DNA of 64,000 nucleotides from the human T2T-CHM13v2.0 reference genome, Homo sapiens, in the NCBI RefSeq assembly GCF_009914755.1, contig NC_060939.1, one strand, 5' to 3'. A program made the translations under genes and the position numbers. The notes beneath the pieces were generated by a model. The model was not told where the DNA came from. It ran no database searches and saw nothing but the letters and a program-made list of their open reading frames with translations. How positions within the stretch are numbered: position 1 is the stretch's first letter; the number at the start of each line of letters is the position of its first letter. This document shows, in pieces, positions 55,491 through 64,000 of the stretch.

Positions 55491-56422
55491 TTGCTGGGGA
55501 GAATCAAGCCTCTTCTACTCTCTCTCTCTCTTTTGTTGCTAGGGTGAACCAAGCCTCTTCTCTTCTCTCTCTCTCTCTCTCTGTCTCGTTGCTAGAGAGA
55601 ACCAAGCCTCTTCTCCTCTCTCCCTCTCTCTCTCTCTTTGCTAGGGACAACCAAGCCTCTTCTCTCTCTCTCTCTCGTTGCTAGGGAGAACCAGGTCTCT
55701 CTCTCTCTCTCTCTCTCCTGTTTTGCTAGGGAGAGCCAAGCCTCTTCTCTCTCTCTCTGTCTCTCTCTCTCTCTCCGTCCCTCTATCTCACTGCTAGGGA
55801 GAACCAGGCCTCTCTCTCTCTTTTTGCTAGGGAGAACCAGGCCGCCGCCTCTTCTTCTTCTTCTTCTTCTTCTTCTTCTTCTTCTTCTTCTTCTTCTTCT
55901 TCTTCTTCTTCTTCTTCCTCTTCCTCTTCCTCTTCCTCTTCCTCTTCCTCTTCTTCTTCTTCTCCTTCTCCTTCTCCTTCTCCTTCTTCTCCTTCTTCTC
56001 CTTTCTTCTTCTTCTTTTCTCTCTCTCTCTCTCTCTTTTGTTGCTAGGGTGAAATAAGCCTCTTCTCCTCTGTCTCTGTCTCTCTCTCTCTTGTTGCTAG
56101 GGAGAACGAAACCTCCTCCTCCTCCTCTTCCTCCTCCTCCTCCTCTTCCTCCTCCTCCTCCTCTTCCTCCTCCTCCTCCTCTTCCTCCTCCTCCTCCTCT
56201 TCCTCCTCCTCCTCCTCTTCCTCCTCCTCCTCCTCTTCCTCCTCCTCCTCCTTCTTCTTCTTCTTCTTCTTCTTCTTCTTCTTTTTCTTCTTCTTCTTCT
56301 TCTTTTCTCTCTCTCTCTCTCTCTTTGCTAGGGACAACCAAGCCTCTTCTCTCTCTCTCTTATTGCTAGGGAGAACCAGGCCTCTCTCTCTCTCCTTTTT
56401 TTGCTAGGGAGAGCCAAGCCTC

Positions 56423-56459
<37 letters not shown>

Positions 56460-56518
56460 TCTTTTTTGCTAGGGAGAACCAGGCCTTTTCTCTTCTCTTC
56501 TCTTCTCTTCTCTTCTCT

Positions 56519-56569
<51 letters not shown>

Positions 56570-56600
56570 GCTAGGAAGAAACAAGCCTCTTCTCCTTTCT
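55491..56600. repeat. Compound array: 15 conserved ~26-bp cores separated by (CT)n/(CTT)n/(CCT)n tracts
   Basis: Cores start at 55491, 55536, 55589, 55638, 55678, 55723, 55791, 55824, 56041, 56094, 56325, 56363, 56401, 56466 and 56568. Confidence 0.95.
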
Positions 56601-56616
56601 CTCTGTTTTTGCATAG

Positions 56617-56640
56617 ATTATGACTTCTCTGGGAAAATGG
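56617..56640 (+). other. Candidate 24-nt microexon
   Basis: ctctctgtttttgcatag | 24 nt | gtaaga. Based on splice signals only. Confidence 0.3.
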
Positions 56641-57179
56641 GTAAGAATTTCTCTGTAAGACTATAAAGTTTGACTTTCTATTTCAACTATAATTTCTTTC
56701 TTTTTTTTAATCACTAGAATCCCTTAAGCTTCTGGGTTAATTCTTCATATAAGTTGGTTTCAGATTTTGTTCTGCTGTTTTTGTCTTCTTTACAGGGGAT
56801 GATCAAGGAGGCAAAACTCAGAGATCCTCTATTCAGTTGCAAATGGTTCCTTCTATAATTTTATAGAAAGTGATAATGGATCAGATAATAGTTTCAGAAG
56901 CTTTGTTTGATCAGTGTTAATCTATGGATTCATCTCTCATCTACATTATAACTTGTAGAACTAAAAGACAATTCAAGTATAATCGCTGATGCTGTCACGG
57001 GTGGGTGAGAAAAGTTACTCGAGTATCCTTTTCTCCCATTTAATGGAAGCAAAACGAACCAAAGAAATATGACAAGGGACAGAAAGATACACTTTTATTA
57101 ATAAGATAATTGCTAATAACTACAGTAGCAGTCATTAGGCTTAATTTAGATTCCAACAATTTGTCAAAATGTGTTTTTA

Positions 57180-57474
<295 letters not shown>

Positions 57475-58342
57475 CGTATTTAATTCTTCTTCATTTAGTA
57501 TCTAGAAGGCAAGTGTTTACCCAACTTCTGATGCAGAAACAGCTTTTCTTTCTGGCAAACATTTGGGTCCTGTTCATGTGCTGGGACCATCACACTAGGC
57601 CTGACTGCAGGACGCTGCCAGGCATGGAGACACCTGGCCCCCGGCCTCAGCCCTCCCTGGAGTCCCTGTCTGCACCTCCTGCTCTGTCCCACACCCCAAC
57701 CTTTGTGATTTCCTGGCTGATGTCCCTGCCATGGAGTGTCTGAGAGTGGGAGGCTCCTCTTTAACAGAGGAGGTGGAATTAGTAAGGCCAGCCAGATTTT
57801 CCCTCTTTGAATGCGGATAGGGAAACGTGGAGAGAAGGATTCGGTCATTTTCAGGAGAAGATGCAGAACTGAAGCCGCGAGAATGGCCGTAGGCAGTCAT
57901 GATGGAGCTGGACTTTGGACTTAGGAGAAAAAGCCATTGAGGAACTCAGGTGAGGTGTGCACCTGGGGGCAGTAGGGGTGTAATCCAGAGGGGAGGAAGC
58001 GGAGTGGCCGCCGCACACTAAGATAACCCCTTCTTCCTGCTGCCTGGGGCCCTCAGCGGCCTGGTTCAGGCACGGTTGCCACTCATGCTTTTCTCATAAG
58101 GCTCATCTACATAATGATCTGCATTCCTATGAGATTTCCCTTGTTTCCGTGTTTCTCCTTATGATAAAGGCCCTATCTCTGGAGGTAGCTGAAAAACTTC
58201 TCTGTTACCCAAATGGTGCAAGTAACACAACAGCCATGTTTCCATGCAAGAGTCAGTGCAGAGGTAGCTTTGTCAAAGGGAGGTTCCCTTGCCTTTGGTG
58301 TAGATGGCAAGGCCTCATTGCACACTACAATGTTCTCACATC

Positions 58343-58646
<304 letters not shown>

Positions 58647-58819
58647 TCAATCTGGTCCCATGGGGGCAAGCTGCTTTTACATGAACAAATGACACACCTG
58701 CCAAAGTCTGTGCGTTTCCTCATACTCATCTTCACAACCTCCCCGTCACGGCCATGAAGCAAGTGTAGATGGCCGAGCCATCTTACGCTGAATGGACATT
58801 GGCTGTTCTTACTCTGACC

Positions 58820-59495
58820 TGTAGTGCAAGTCTGTAAAAATGTCCTTGCAAACTGAGACTGTGCAAAATGATCCTAATAATCAAAAGCATTGCTCCGGGA
58901 CCTTTAACAAAATTTGTGAAAACATTTAAAAGTTCTCTTATTGTGGGTTATAAATGCATAGGGAAATTAAAAACTAGTAAAACTCCTACTTATATAGCAT
59001 ATCGTGATTTGAAACATTAGAAACTTTGAGAATTAAAGTGTTTTACTTGATTGTAAAAAAAAAAAAAAGAAAAGAAAACACCTTTCTAAGAAGAGTTTGA
59101 GCAGTGTGTGCCTTCTTAGCGCATCCCTTACAGTAGGGAGTGTGCATCTTTTCTAACCCTTGGCGACGTGTCATACTCCTTTCTGTGGGATCACCTCCTG
59201 CATTCTATTCCTTTTGTTTTCAATAAGGCTTCCTATAATATGGAAAGTTTTTGCTGGAGTCACTTCTTCTGGGGTGTCTTCCTCCTCTTTGTCACAGCCA
59301 CTTTCTTAATTCATGACAATAAATTCTCCTTCACTCAATTCCCTGGTTGCATAACAGCAGTGTCAACGTTCCCAAGGTCAGCTATTTCTTTTGTAACTCC
59401 GCTTTCAACTCAGATCTCACTTCCACCAGGATCACTTTTCATTGATCTTTGCACTTTCATCTTTTCTGGCCAATCCCTCTTTTGATTACCCATTG
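58820..59495 (-). mobile_element. TcMar-Tigger DNA transposon fossil
   Basis: aaacattagaaactttgagaattaaagtgtttta...ggtcagctatttct...ggccaatccctctttt. Confidence 0.6.
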
Positions 59496-59817
59496 TTGTC
59501 TTCACTGGAAGGTCTTGGCAACCTTGTTGAAAATCACTTGGCCCAAAACGTGAGGGTTTATTCCAGGACTCCCATTTCCACCACCTTGGTATATATGTTT
59601 AACCTATGGCAGAATCATCTTCCTGAGTCTTGGCACGTGGAGTCATTAAGAGCATGGGCTTTGGCCCCCTGCTTCTAACACCGTGTGATCTGTGCCATGT
59701 CAGTGTGTCTCTCTGAGCAATAGTTTCCTAATTTAGAAGCAACTCCCTAGAGGACGTTTTTGAAAATGAGAAAATCTGTGAAAAGCATTTCGTACTGTGC
59801 CTAGAAACACAGCAAAT

Positions 59818-60210
<393 letters not shown>

Positions 60211-60656
60211 TCAATAAATCAGACTTCTTATTACTGAATCATTGATAACATAGGGCTACAGTTGGCCATTGTCAACAACTTTTCTCCCCCCTGCCTTTGA
60301 ACACACCACTCAAGTTGCAGATGACAACTTTCATATCCTTTACTCCCTAAAACACATGGTGCAATATTCATTTTGGCTGTTTCATCAGAATGAGATATGT
60401 AAATTGTGATGCCCCAAAGTGTGACTTATCCCAAAGTGAACCTCCCAAGAAAGACCTAGACAGGCTCTAACCCCAGGATAAGCAAGCTGGTAGTACCTGT
60501 CTCCTATTCCCCGTCGCGGAGGGATAGTGGCTCAGAAGCGTGACACTGTCATTATGTTCTCTGGCATACAGACAGTTTTCCCTAGCTTTGAGGATGCCTG
60601 CTGACTTGCGGATTCTTGATGTCACCCCAGGTCGTGTCTGTTGTGATGGTGAACCT

Positions 60657-60682
60657 GGCAGTGATTGCCTAGAAGGGGGCGC
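60657..60682 (+). promoter_or_regulatory. Candidate CTCF site with upstream module
   Basis: GGCAGT-N6-CTAGAAGGGGGCGC inside a small CpG-retaining patch. Confidence 0.45.
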
Positions 60683-61299
60683 TTGCCACCTGGCAGGAAA
60701 CTACTATATGCTTAACCAAGCCAGCTCCATAACCCTCTGTCAAAACACGTAATTGTCAGGTCACTTCACGGACCAGGAAAATGATAGAATTGCCTAACAA
60801 CACACAATTTTTACAAACTTTTTTTTTTAACCTCACTTTACAAACGAGTTCTCAGGAGTTCCTTCAGAGGTTAATTTAGAAGAGATTTGCAACTTTATGG
60901 TAGGTTTGAAGTTCCCCGTGCAGGGCAGTTTTGCCTTTGTACCAATCTACCATTATATAATCATAGGTGAAGTTTTATTTTTAGCTACATTCTATTTAAT
61001 TGGACATTACTCAATCTAGATGATCAGTAGGAAGTTGCTTCCTTGCTGTTTTCCATCAAAAGACTAAAAATTTAAAGCCAACATCCCTTGATTCATTTTA
61101 TTCCTTCCCATTTGGTTTAATCAGGAGATATTTCTCACCCAGTTATTGAGAATTAAAGATCATATGGTATTTCTGGGCAAAACCTGGCTACTCTATAAAA
61201 AGTTTTTAATTGTCCTTAAATTGAAGATAAAATAGATTTTAAAAACAGTATTATCAAATCTATGTGGGGTACAAAAATTATACATAATAAAAATTTATG

Positions 61300-61988
61300 T
61301 TTGGGTGCAGTGGCTTGCATCTGTAATTCCAGCACTTTGGGAGGCTGAGATGGGACGATCACTTGAAGCCAGGAGTTTGAGACCAGCCTGGGAAAAATAG
61401 CAAGACCCCATCTCTAGAAAAATAAAACCAACTACCTGGACATGGTGGTGGATGCCTGTAGCCCCAGCCACTCAGGAGGCTGAGGTGGGAGGATCACTCG
61501 AGCCCAGGAGTTTGAGGCTGCAGCGAGCCATGGATGGAACCACTGCACTCAAGCTTGAGTGACAGAGTGAGACCCTGTCTCTAAGAAATAAATAATACCA
61601 CCAACAAAAAAATATGTACAGACAACTTGGTTTAAGAAAGAAGAATGTGAGGCCGGCGCGGTAGCTCACGCCTCTAATCCCAGCACTTTGGGAGGCTGCG
61701 GCGGGCTGATCACCTGAGGTCAGGAGTTTGAGACCAGCCTGGCCAACATGGTGAAACTCTGTCTCTACTAAAAATACAAAAAATTGGCTGGGCCTGGTGG
61801 CACCTGCCTGTAATCCCAGCTACTTTGGAGGCTGAGGGCAGGAGAATTGCTTGAACCCAGGAGGTGGAGGTTGCTGTGAGCTGAGATCACGCCATTGCAC
61901 TCCAGCCTGGGCAACAAGAGCAAAACTCAGTCTTCAAAAACAAACAAACAAAAACCAACAACAAAACAAACCAACAAACAAAAAAATC
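61300..61988 (+). mobile_element. AluJ (61300-61612) and AluSx (61651-61988)
   Basis: The second element has TSD aagaaagaagaa(t/g)gtga. Confidence 0.9.
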
Positions 61989-62039
61989 AAAGAAAGAAGA
62001 AGGTGAACCATACCTGAAAAGTCTTCTAAGAGGCTCTTC

Positions 62040-63688
<1,649 letters not shown>

Positions 63689-63690
<2 letters not shown>

Positions 63691-63985
63691 GGCATGTGGC
63701 TCATATCTGTAATCCCAGTGCTTTGGGAGACCGAAGTGGGAAGATTGCTTGAGGCTAGGAGTTCAAGACAAGCCTGGTAGCATAGCAAGATCTTGTCTCT
63801 ACCAAAATTAAAAAATGTAGCCAGGCATGATGGCCGACGCTCGTGTTCCCAGTTACTCCGGAGAGTGAGGAGGGAGGATCACTTGAGCCTAGGAGGTCTA
63901 GGCTGCAGTGAGCCATGGTCATGCCACTACACTCCAGCCTGAACTACAGAGCAAGACCCTGTTTCAAAACAACAACAACAAACCC
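63689..63985 (+). mobile_element. AluJ
   Basis: ggatcacttgagcctaggaggtctaggctgcagtgagccatg. Confidence 0.9.
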
Positions 63986-64000
63986 AGCTTCTCAAAATCT

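Noticed and set aside
55592-56369. 249-aa Glu/Gly/Arg-rich ORF and overlapping poly-Leu/Pro/Lys ORFs
   Set aside because: Translation of CTT/CCT/CT repeats that lack stop codons, with no coding context.
55491-56600. CRISPR-like repeat-spacer appearance
   Set aside because: Spacers are low-complexity microsatellites of unequal length, there are no cas genes, and the DNA is primate.

Overview
Primate (human-like) euchromatic DNA. I cannot support any protein-coding gene, RNA gene or CRISPR array: the listed ORFs come from Alu, LTR, L1 or simple repeats, or show no recognisable domain. Most of the window is transposon-derived: about 30 Alus, about 18 solo LTRs (two LTR12/ERV9, LTR2/HERV-E, LTR7/HERV-H, LTR8, MER4, LTR27-like, LTR29-like, THE1, MST, MLT1, MLT2), old L1/L2/L3/MIR and DNA-transposon fossils, several with readable target-site duplications (TSDs) and nested insertions. 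The main non-repeat landmark is a CpG island at about 45.95-47.08 kb, with outward-facing splice donors on both strands and a dense cluster of immune/haematopoietic transcription-factor motifs on its right shore. The most unusual structure is a 1.1-kb array at 55.5-56.6 kb: 15 copies of a ~26-bp core (TTGCTAGGGAGAACCAAGCCTCTTCT, RFX X-box-like) separated by variable pyrimidine microsatellites. It shows a higher-order 7-unit duplication and is directly followed by a candidate 24-nt microexon. Repeat subfamily names come from recalled consensus sequences, not from a database search, and boundaries without a TSD are approximate.
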